DNA of 64,000 nucleotides from an uncultured Polaribacter sp. (GTDB lineage Bacteria; Bacteroidota; Bacteroidia; Flavobacteriales; Flavobacteriaceae): NCBI RefSeq assembly GCF_947501385.1, contig NZ_CANMVP010000024.1, positions 11,021 to 75,020 of the forward strand, read 5' to 3'. Shown piece by piece: positions 56,553 to 64,000 of this stretch (position 1 is its first letter; each line of letters starts with the position of its first letter). The notes under the pieces were generated by a model. It saw only the letters and a program-made list of their open reading frames with translations, ran no database searches and was not told where the DNA came from. The position numbers and the translations under genes were made by a program.

Positions 56553-58013
56553 ATGCTAAAACAAAGTTTACATTACAAGCTCTTACAAAAATTATCTCCT
56601 CAACAAATTCAGTTGATGAAGTTGATTCAATTGCCTACGCAAGCTTTTGAAGAGCGTTTAAAACAAGAGATTGAAGAAAACCCAGCTTTAGATACCGGAA
56701 AAGACGATTCTGAATCTATAGATGATGATTTATCGAATGAGTTTGATGATGAAACAGGAAATGAAAAAATTGAAGCTGAAGACATCAATATAGACGAATA
56801 TTTAAGTGATGATGAGGTACCAAGCTACAAAACGCAAGCAAACAATTATTCTGCAGACGACGAAGAAAAAAATGTACCCTATGCCGCAGGAACAAGTTTT
56901 CATCAATCTTTAAAAAACCAACTAAATACATTTCGTTTAGACGAAGAAGAAAGCGCAATTGCAGAGTTCTTAGTGGGAAGTATAGACGATAGCGGCTATA
57001 TAAGAAGAGATATTATCGACTTAGTAGACGACTTGGCTTTTACAGCTAATGTATTTACAACAGAAGAAAAAGTAATCGCTGTACTTAAAAAAGTGGTACA
57101 TACTTTAGATCCTTTAGGTGTTGGAGCCAGAGATTTAAAAGAATGTTTAATCATTCAATTAAAATCGAAAGAAAAAACAAAATACAGAAGTTTATCTATA
57201 GATATTTTAGAAGGTGCTTTTGATCATTTTGTAAAAAAACACTACAAAAAACTTCAGGAAAAATTTAATATTTCTGAAGATGAGTTGAAAGAAGTAAACA
57301 AAGAAATTTCTAAATTAAATCCTAAACCAGGGAGTTCTTATGCGGGGAATAATAAAATTGCAGAACAAATTGTACCCGATTTTTCAATAAAAATTATTGA
57401 TGGCGAATTAGATTTGACATTAAACTCTAGAAATGCACCTGAATTGCATATTTCTAGAGAATATAATAACATGCTAAAAGGATATCAAGAATCGAATGTG
57501 AAAACAAAATCTCAGAAAGATGCTGTATTTTTTATCAAGCAAAAGCTAGATGCTGCAAAATGGTTTATAGATGCCATTAGACAACGCCAGCAAACGCTTT
57601 TAGTAACCATGAATACCATTATGCATTATCAATATGATTATTTTTTATCTGGTGATGAGCGCAAGTTAAAACCCATGATCTTAAAAGACATTGCAGATCA
57701 AATTAACATGGATGTTTCTACAGTTTCTAGAGTTGCCAATAGTAAATTTGTATCTACACCTTATGGTACCAAATTAATCAAAGAGTTCTTTTCTGAATCT
57801 ATGAAAAATGATCAAGGTGAAGATGTTTCAACCAAAGAAATTAAGAAAATTTTAGAAACCGTTATTATTGAAGAAAATAAAAAGAAACCGCTTACCGATG
57901 AAAAATTAGCGGCAATTTTAAAGGAAAAAGGATATCCAATTGCTAGAAGAACTATTGCAAAGTATAGAGAACAATTAGACTTACCAGTGGCAAGATTAAG
58001 AAAAGAAATTTAG
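56553..58013 (+). CDS. rpoN: RNA polymerase sigma-54 factor
   Basis: Gln-rich region I (QKLSPQQIQ), DPLGVGARDL, STVSRV and the RpoN box ARRTIAKYRE. Confidence 0.97.
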   Translation: MLKQSLHYKLLQKLSPQQIQLMKLIQLPTQAFEERLKQEIEENPALDTGKDDSESIDDDLSNEFDDETGNEKIEAEDINIDEYLSDDEVPSYKTQANNYSADDEEKNVPYAAGTSFHQSLKNQLNTFRLDEEESAIAEFLVGSIDDSGYIRRDIIDLVDDLAFTANVFTTEEKVIAVLKKVVHTLDPLGVGARDLKECLIIQLKSKEKTKYRSLSIDILEGAFDHFVKKHYKKLQEKFNISEDELKEVNKEISKLNPKPGSSYAGNNKIAEQIVPDFSIKIIDGELDLTLNSRNAPELHISREYNNMLKGYQESNVKTKSQKDAVFFIKQKLDAAKWFIDAIRQRQQTLLVTMNTIMHYQYDYFLSGDERKLKPMILKDIADQINMDVSTVSRVANSKFVSTPYGTKLIKEFFSESMKNDQGEDVSTKEIKKILETVIIEENKKKPLTDEKLAAILKEKGYPIARRTIAKYREQLDLPVARLRKEI

Positions 58014-58615
58014 TGAATCAATTTTATAAAACCATATCTGTAGTTCTACATCCTATTGTTATTCCTACTATTGGTGTTATCTTATATTTCTTATTACTCC
58101 CAAACAATTATGCAAGCAAACAAAAATTAACTTTAATAAGTCTGGTTTTTGTAACGACTTATTTAATTCCGTTATTGATTTTAATCTTGTTTAAGAAATT
58201 AAAACTGATTAAAAATTTTTACGCGGAAACCATTAAAGAAAGAAAAATACCAATTGCAATTATGATTGTATTGTTCTATCTCTTGGGCAACACTTTAGCA
58301 AATATTAATGAAATTAAAGATATTGGCTTGTTATTTTATGCTACTTGTTTAGGGCTTGTTTTTGTCTATTTGTTATTTATTTTCAAGATAAAAACAAGTA
58401 TTCATCTGCTTTCTTTAGGAATCTCTACCGGTTTTTATTTGGTATTAGGTCATAAATATTCACATCCATTTATTGCTGTAGTTGTTATTACTATCTTATT
58501 AGCTGGTGTTTTAGCAAATGCAAGATTGCATTTAAAAGCGCACACTTCAATAGAGGTATATTTAGGTTATTTTTTAGGATTTCTTTCTCCTTTTTTTGTG
58601 TACTATTTTCTATAA
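58013..58615 (+). CDS. Conserved membrane protein (PAP2-like C-terminal motif)
   Basis: About 6 TM helices; KTSIH and ARLHLKAHT..EVYLG patterns; GTG start overlaps the rpoN stop. Confidence 0.65.
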   Translation: MNQFYKTISVVLHPIVIPTIGVILYFLLLPNNYASKQKLTLISLVFVTTYLIPLLILILFKKLKLIKNFYAETIKERKIPIAIMIVLFYLLGNTLANINEIKDIGLLFYATCLGLVFVYLLFIFKIKTSIHLLSLGISTGFYLVLGHKYSHPFIAVVVITILLAGVLANARLHLKAHTSIEVYLGYFLGFLSPFFVYYFL

Positions 58616-59287
58616 GAAATAGAAAATCAAGCCGAATTTTAAAATTTTAGTCTCTACAGCTTCTCCATTCATGGTTCCATTTTTAAATATTGGAGACAAT
58701 CCGTAGAAAATATTTATATTAAATTCATCATATCCTGCAGAAAGCGTTAAACCATATTGCAGTTTATTATAATCTGTAACATTTGAATACTTAAATACGG
58801 TTGCATCAGCATCTACATATTGAAAGGTATTCTTTAAGTTGTAAATAAATTTTACTCCTGAATAGACACGCCAAAAATTATATTCTTTTGCGGTAGATGT
58901 TCTCCATCTGAACTCTAGAGGAAATTCTAAATTGTAGGCTTTAAAAACGTTTTCTGAGATAGCATTGCCGTTGCTAAACACAGTGTTATTATTAATTTCA
59001 TCTACTTTTAATTCGTGATTAAAATAATCATACCCAATTCCAACTCCGGCAGCTAAGGAAATTGTACCCTGTCTATTTAAAATAATGTCTTTTATAAATC
59101 CGCCAGATAAAGCATATGAAAAATTACTTTTTTTTATCGAAGAAGGCTGATTATCAAATTGGCTGAAAGAAACAGACAGGTATATTTGATCGTCTGCATA
59201 TCTATCGCCAATTTTCAAAGAGTCTTTCTGTGAAAAAACAACCAAAGAAATCATCAAAAAAAACCATGAAATAAATTTATTTCTCAT
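58610..59287 (-). CDS. Outer membrane beta-barrel (porin/PorT-like) protein
   Basis: Signal peptide; EFPLEFRWR and QYGLTLSAGY motifs; beta-strand pattern. Confidence 0.7.
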   Translation of the reverse strand: MRNKFISWFFLMISLVVFSQKDSLKIGDRYADDQIYLSVSFSQFDNQPSSIKKSNFSYALSGGFIKDIILNRQGTISLAAGVGIGYDYFNHELKVDEINNNTVFSNGNAISENVFKAYNLEFPLEFRWRTSTAKEYNFWRVYSGVKFIYNLKNTFQYVDADATVFKYSNVTDYNKLQYGLTLSAGYDEFNINIFYGLSPIFKNGTMNGEAVETKILKFGLIFYFL

Positions 59288-59349
59288 ACTATTAATAACG
59301 GGATATAAAGATACAATATTTCATTCTTTACAAATCTAATATTTAGAGC

Positions 59350-59384
59350 AAAAAAAAAGGATAATTCATAATGAATTATCCTTT
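59350..59384 (-). terminator. Intrinsic terminator of the exbB-exbD operon
   Basis: aaaggataattcat / atgaattatccttt perfect 14-bp stem; the flanking A run reads as a U tract on the minus strand. Confidence 0.8.
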
Positions 59385-59405
59385 ATAAATTAATACTATT
59401 AAAAA

Positions 59406-59870
59406 TTAATTTCCGTCACCTTTTGAAGCAGAGTAACTAATTTTAAGAGCATTTACATCTCTTAATTTTAACCTAATATCTGTAATGGTACCTACATTAG
59501 ATTCAATATCTGCTTTTATAGAGGTTGTCATAAAAGGTACTTCCGCCTCAGACACTTTAGATCTCTCATTAATAATAAAAGCCGGCACATCATCTGCCGT
59601 TGCAATCTTATCATTTAATTGAATTCTATTGTAGCTGTCTCCGTACTTTATATCTTTTGCTTTCCCAACATATATAGTACTCACCAAGCTTTTGTGTTCT
59701 AATTTTTTAACTTCCGTTGCAGAAGGCAATCTAGGATTTTCTACCTGCAATTCAGTTTCTCTCATGGTTGTTGTAACCATAAAGAAAAATAACAACATAA
59801 AAACGATGTCTGGTAAAGAAGCAGTATTTACAGCTGGCATTCCTTTTTTCTTTTTTCTAAATTTAGACAT
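59406..59870 (-). CDS. exbD: Biopolymer transport protein ExbD
   Basis: ASLPDIVFMLLFFFMVTT TM motif; IKADIES pattern. Confidence 0.88.
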   Translation of the reverse strand: MSKFRKKKKGMPAVNTASLPDIVFMLLFFFMVTTTMRETELQVENPRLPSATEVKKLEHKSLVSTIYVGKAKDIKYGDSYNRIQLNDKIATADDVPAFIINERSKVSEAEVPFMTTSIKADIESNVGTITDIRLKLRDVNALKISYSASKGDGN

Positions 59871-59887
59871 ATTGTTGTTTTTTTAAA

Positions 59888-60514
59888 TTAATTAGAAGAC
59901 GTTGGTTCTGCATCAGAAATAATCTGAGGATAGGCAGTTTTTATATCTTCCACTTTTTTCTTTAAAGCTTCGTTATTCCTATCATCTTTATAAGCTTCTT
60001 CTAACTTATCAAAAGACATTCCGTAACGTTCTTGAGAAAGTCTGTTACGCAATACAGTATACGCTCTTAACAATTCATTTTGAACTTTTAAATACGTACC
60101 ATATTCTGTTCCTCTATCACTTTGTACAGAAATAATTGCTTTGTTAGGATGATCTGAAGAACTCTCACTTCGCTCACCTTTACAATAGGTACAAGGTCCC
60201 GTTTTAACACCTTCTTCAATTTTACCTTCTCCTCCACCGTTATCTATAAATGCGATTGCAGCATCTTTTAGATCTTCAATCTCCATTCTTTCGCCTTCAA
60301 CTTGCAACTCATTTCTAAAGTTTAAGTTTACCTCAAAAATATTTTTTTCTTTGATAATTGGTGGAACGTAATCTTCAGGTGGTTTCTCTGATAACTTTTT
60401 AGAAATACCCGAATCTACATTCATCGTGGTAGTTACTAAAAAGAAAATTAATAGCAAGAAGGCAATATCTGCCATAGAACCTGCATTAATTTCTGGATTC
60501 TCTCTTCTTGCCAT
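59888..60514 (-). CDS. exbD: Biopolymer transport protein ExbD
   Basis: INAGSMADIAFLLLIFFLVTT motif. Confidence 0.9.
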   Translation of the reverse strand: MARRENPEINAGSMADIAFLLLIFFLVTTTMNVDSGISKKLSEKPPEDYVPPIIKEKNIFEVNLNFRNELQVEGERMEIEDLKDAAIAFIDNGGGEGKIEEGVKTGPCTYCKGERSESSSDHPNKAIISVQSDRGTEYGTYLKVQNELLRAYTVLRNRLSQERYGMSFDKLEEAYKDDRNNEALKKKVEDIKTAYPQIISDAEPTSSN

Positions 60515-60518
60515 AGTT

Positions 60519-60980
60519 TTATGATTTTACTAATCCTTTTAATAAATCGTATACAAAAAATAAGGAAGCTATGGCACCGAGTATAAGACTGTACCAAATT
60601 CCTGTCCCTACCCATTTATTGATAGTAGAGCCTGCATCACCACCTTCTAATACAACACCTTGTGTATCTACAACTGCATTTGTATCAGCCATAAAATAAG
60701 CAATGATTAAAATTACTCCTAAAACACCAAGACCTAATAAAGTCTTTTTAAGATCCTGAGGATTTCTAATCAAACTCCACAATGATAATACAACAGTAAT
60801 TGCAACTGCTGCGTAAAACAAAAATGTAGAGTAATAAATTATTGGACTAATTACTTTATTCTGAAGTGCTGTATCAGTTTCAATTGCCTCTGCATCTTCC
60901 ATAAAAATTCTTATGAAAAGGAATGCACCAATTAAAGCGATGACAGCAATTAAAATACTTAAAATTTTATTGCTTTTCAT
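60519..60980 (-). CDS. Four-TM hypothetical protein of the Bacteroidetes exbB-hyp-exbD-exbD operon
   Basis: Hydrophobic helices; position between exbB and exbD. Confidence 0.75.
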   Translation of the reverse strand: MKSNKILSILIAVIALIGAFLFIRIFMEDAEAIETDTALQNKVISPIIYYSTFLFYAAVAITVVLSLWSLIRNPQDLKKTLLGLGVLGVILIIAYFMADTNAVVDTQGVVLEGGDAGSTINKWVGTGIWYSLILGAIASLFFVYDLLKGLVKS

Positions 60981-60986
60981 CTTTTT

Positions 60987-61709
60987 TTATTTTTTATACT
61001 TTACTAATAAATCAATCAATTGAATAGAAGCTTCTTCCATACTATTTACAATACTATCGATTTTAGAAACGATATAATTATAAAAAATCTGTAAGATAAT
61101 TGCTACAATTAAACCAAATACCGTTGTTAATAAGGCTACTTTAATACCTACTGCTACAACTCCTGGAGAAATATCATTTGCCACAGCAATTGCATCAAAT
61201 GCTCCAATCATACCAATTACCGTACCCATGAAACCAAGCATTGGTGCCAAAGCAATAAATAAAGATAACCAAGATACATTCTTCTCTAAAAGTCCCATTT
61301 GAACTCCTCCATAAGAAACTACTGCTTTTTCTGCAGCTTCTACACCTTCGTCTATTCTATCTAAACCTTGATAAAAAATTGATGCAACAGGTCCTTTAGA
61401 GTTTCTACAAACTTCTTTTGCAGCTTCTATACCACCAGAACTTAAAGCATCATCTACATTTGCTACTAATTTCTTAGTATTTGTAGTGGCCATGTTTAAA
61501 TAAATAATTCTTTCAATTGCAATGGCTAAACCTAATATTAAGGCTACCAATACAATTCCCATAAATTCTGGGCCACCTTCAATAAAACGTTGTTTTAATT
61601 CTTGGTGAAAAGTTTTTGATTCTTCAGCTGCTTCTTGTGCGAAAGTTGATTGAATAGCTCCAAAAAACATTAATCCTGTTACAGATAGGACATTTACTAC
61701 TTTTTTCAT
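60987..61709 (-). CDS. exbB: MotA/TolQ/ExbB proton channel
   Basis: APMLGFMGTVIGMIGAF and GIKVALLTTVFGL motifs. Confidence 0.93.
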   Translation of the reverse strand: MKKVVNVLSVTGLMFFGAIQSTFAQEAAEESKTFHQELKQRFIEGGPEFMGIVLVALILGLAIAIERIIYLNMATTNTKKLVANVDDALSSGGIEAAKEVCRNSKGPVASIFYQGLDRIDEGVEAAEKAVVSYGGVQMGLLEKNVSWLSLFIALAPMLGFMGTVIGMIGAFDAIAVANDISPGVVAVGIKVALLTTVFGLIVAIILQIFYNYIVSKIDSIVNSMEEASIQLIDLLVKYKK

Positions 61710-61935
61710 CTTTGTTATAATTAGTTTTTAATAGTTAATGGGTTAAAGATATAAATTTTCATCTCAAATAAACAAAATGTTTACCATTTTATTGAAATAT
61801 AAAATTCCCTCCCAATTTTATCTTTTTTAAAATAGAGTGGCAAGAAACAAAAAAATTACTGCCCCTCAAAAAAATTACCTCTATTTCCCGTAAAAATAAT
61901 GTTTTTTTTAATAGTTCTGTAATTTTAATAAAAAA

Positions 61936-62973
61936 CTATTTTATTGTAATTTCTCCTCGTAAAGATTTTTGAAAGTAATTTTTAAAATGATCAACAGACA
62001 AATCTTCACTTAGCAAATACATTAATTTAGCCACAGCAGATTCTGTAGTAATATCTTCACCTCCAATAACACCAACTTCTTTTAAACCAACACTCGTATC
62101 ATAATGCCCCAAAATAACACTTCCTCCAGAGCACTGTGTTACATTTATAATTTTTATTCCTTTTTGTATTGCGTCATCTATAAGGTTTAAAAACCAAGCT
62201 TCATTTGGTGCATTTCCAGAACCATAAGTTTCTAAAACAATTCCTTTTAAGTTTTCAATACCTAAAATGGCTTTTACCACAGTAGCAGTAATTCCTGGAA
62301 ATAATTTTAACACTAAAATGTCTGTCACTAGTTTTTTGCGAATTATTAATTTCTTGTTTCTATTTTTAGTTTTATACAATAAAGCTTCATTAAAATTTAA
62401 ATGAACACCACTTTCTGCCAATGCCGGATAATTCATAGATGCAAAAGCTTCAAAATGTTCTGCACTAATTTTTGTAGTTCTGTTCGCTCTGTATAATTTA
62501 TACTCAAAATACAAACAAACTTCAGAAATAACTGGTCTTTGATCTTTTCTAGCGGAAGCAATTTCTATAGAAGTAATTAGATTTTCTTTAGCGTCTGTTC
62601 TTATATGACCTATCGGTAGCTGAGAACCCGTAAAAATAATGGGTTTCTGTAAATTCTCTATCATAAAACTGATTGCAGAAGACGTATAAGACATCGTATC
62701 TGAACCTGTTAACACCACAAAACCATCAAATTGAGTATAATTCTTTTCTATAATTTCAACAATATCTACATAGTATTTAGTATCCATATTAGACGAGTCT
62801 ATTGGCACATCAAATGAAACACTTGTTATCTCACAATTTAGCTGCTCTAATTCTGGTATTTTCTCTAATATTCTACTAAAATCAAATGCCTTCAAAGCAT
62901 TTGTTTTATAATCTTTAACCATACCAATAGTACCACCAGTATAGATTATTAAGATTGTTGGTTTGTTTGCCAT
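61936..62973 (-). CDS. ansA: Type I (cytoplasmic) L-asparaginase
   Basis: YTGGTIGM, DSSNM, GSDTMSY, TGSQLP, RANRTTK and ETYGSGN motifs. Confidence 0.92.
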   Translation of the reverse strand: MANKPTILIIYTGGTIGMVKDYKTNALKAFDFSRILEKIPELEQLNCEITSVSFDVPIDSSNMDTKYYVDIVEIIEKNYTQFDGFVVLTGSDTMSYTSSAISFMIENLQKPIIFTGSQLPIGHIRTDAKENLITSIEIASARKDQRPVISEVCLYFEYKLYRANRTTKISAEHFEAFASMNYPALAESGVHLNFNEALLYKTKNRNKKLIIRKKLVTDILVLKLFPGITATVVKAILGIENLKGIVLETYGSGNAPNEAWFLNLIDDAIQKGIKIINVTQCSGGSVILGHYDTSVGLKEVGVIGGEDITTESAVAKLMYLLSEDLSVDHFKNYFQKSLRGEITIK

Positions 62974-63067
62974 TTTGTCATTTTTTTTTCCATTTTACAA
63001 AACGGAATACTTTATGTTGTAAATTTATCAAACAAAAATGAAATAGAATTTTAAAACATTAAAAATT

Positions 63068-63766
63068 ATGATCGGATTTTATATTTTAATTGGTGTCATC
63101 TCTTTGGTGAGTATGCTAGTTAGTAGTAAATTAAAAAGTAAATTTAAAAAATACGCTAAAGTTGAACTTAGAAACGGAATGAGTGGAGCTGAAATTGCAG
63201 AAAAAATGTTGGCTGATAATGGTATTTTTGATGTAAAAGTAATCTCTACACCAGGAATGCTAACAGATCATTACAACCCTAAAAATAAAACAGTGAATCT
63301 TAGTGAAGGGGTTTACAACCAAAGAAATGCCGCAGCCGCAGCTGTTGCCGCCCATGAATGCGGACATGCAGTACAGCATGCAACGGCCTATAGTTATTTA
63401 ACAATGCGTTCTAAATTAGTACCTGTGGTGAGTGTTACTTCTAAATTTTCTCAATGGCTAGTTATTGGAGGTTTAATTTTAGGAGCTGCTTCTGGCGCCT
63501 CCGGAATTGGCTTTTACATTGCGGTTGCAGGATTAATTTTTATGGGACTTGCAACACTTTTTAGCTTTATAACCTTACCTGTAGAATATGATGCCAGTAA
63601 TAGAGCTTTGGCTTGGTTAAAAAATAAAAATATGGTTTCTCAACAAGAATTAGCAGGTGCAACAGATGCATTAAAATGGGCTGCAAGAACTTACTTAGTG
63701 GCTGCTTTAGGTTCTCTAGCAATGTTATTGTATTGGGGAATGAAAATTTTAGGTAGCAGAGACTAG
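63068..63766 (+). CDS. Membrane zinc metallopeptidase (YugP / Zn_peptidase_2-like)
   Basis: LTDHYNP, AAHECGHAVQ (HExxH), TLPVEYDAS and AARTY motifs. Confidence 0.9.
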   Translation: MIGFYILIGVISLVSMLVSSKLKSKFKKYAKVELRNGMSGAEIAEKMLADNGIFDVKVISTPGMLTDHYNPKNKTVNLSEGVYNQRNAAAAAVAAHECGHAVQHATAYSYLTMRSKLVPVVSVTSKFSQWLVIGGLILGAASGASGIGFYIAVAGLIFMGLATLFSFITLPVEYDASNRALAWLKNKNMVSQQELAGATDALKWAARTYLVAALGSLAMLLYWGMKILGSRD

Positions 63767-63813
63767 TGCCTTAGGCACTTTTTGTATCTCACTCTTATGA
63801 AATAAAAAATTAG

Positions 63814-63847
63814 AAATACTCTTGATACATTCGGGAGTATTTTTTTT
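63814..63847 (+). terminator. Intrinsic terminator after the Zn peptidase gene
   Basis: aaatactcttga / tcgggagtattt stem with G-U pairs, followed by a long T run. Confidence 0.7.
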
Positions 63848-64000
63848 GATACAACTTTTTCCAAACTAAAAGCGTCTCGTTTTTATAGAAAAAGAATCGC
63901 TTCAAAGGAAATTTATCCCAGTTCGACAGATTTTGATTTTTCTACAGTCACAAAATAGGAGTTTTTATAGTGTTCTAAAAAAATAATCTTTAGCTTTTTT

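Noticed and set aside
59406-61709. exbB-hyp-exbD-exbD without tonB as a novel motor
   Set aside because: This arrangement is a common Bacteroidetes housekeeping operon.
63764-63779. Short palindrome agtgcct-t-aggcact at the Zn peptidase stop
   Set aside because: 7-bp arms with no other copy seen in the window; a better terminator lies 35 nt downstream.
1-64000. About 55 short ORFs from the six-frame track (e.g. 768-962, 3290-3487, 15498-15710, 41268-43470, 59692-59886)
   Set aside because: They lie antisense to or out of frame within well-supported genes and show no family motif; treated as shadow ORFs.
63913-64000. Possible 3' end of a minus-strand gene entering from beyond the window (..KNSYFVTVEKSKSVELG*)
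   Set aside because: Only 29 codons are visible and no motif can be recognised.

Overview
AT-rich chromosome segment from a member of the Flavobacteriaceae; a Polaribacter/Tenacibaculum-like marine lineage is inferred from gene content and TAnnTTTG promoters. In order: (1) the 3' part of a copper/heavy-metal cluster (cusA-like RND, four-helix-bundle insert, TolC, HMA-AraC, P1B ATPase, DUF2911, DUF305, CusB-like adaptor, HMA lipoprotein), ending next to tRNA-Gln(TTG); (2) a DUF2723/GT117-like glycosyltransferase with a deacetylase, a Cys-free thioredoxin and a metallophosphoesterase; (3) a complete cyanophycin set (cphA, cphB, iaaA); (4) polA, a frameshifted ORF, an amidase, a dense repeat mosaic, a cNMP-Grx-TrxR fusion and Sua5; (5) an accessory operon at 29.5-41.0 kb (TonB receptor, MDR reductase, two-subunit hydantoinase/oxoprolinase, cupin, NCS1 permease, proline dehydrogenase) with a divergent 433-aa unknown gene; (6) the rplM-rpsI-rpsB-tsf / pyrH-frr / MMPL / asnS-rpoN housekeeping block, interrupted by a Fic cassette and two AAA-DUF4143 ATPases (one a pseudogene); (7) exbB-hyp-exbD-exbD, ansA and a Zn peptidase. 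The best candidates for undescribed biology are the TonB-fed lactam/pyrrolidine catabolic operon, the four-helix-bundle cassette bracketed by inverted heptamer arrays, the Fic cassette bracketed by a duplicated tsf 3' end, and a family of nested palindromic repeats that also occurs in frame inside copA and polA. I found no CRISPR array, rRNA, integrase or transposase. All family calls come from motif recognition by eye; no database search was run.
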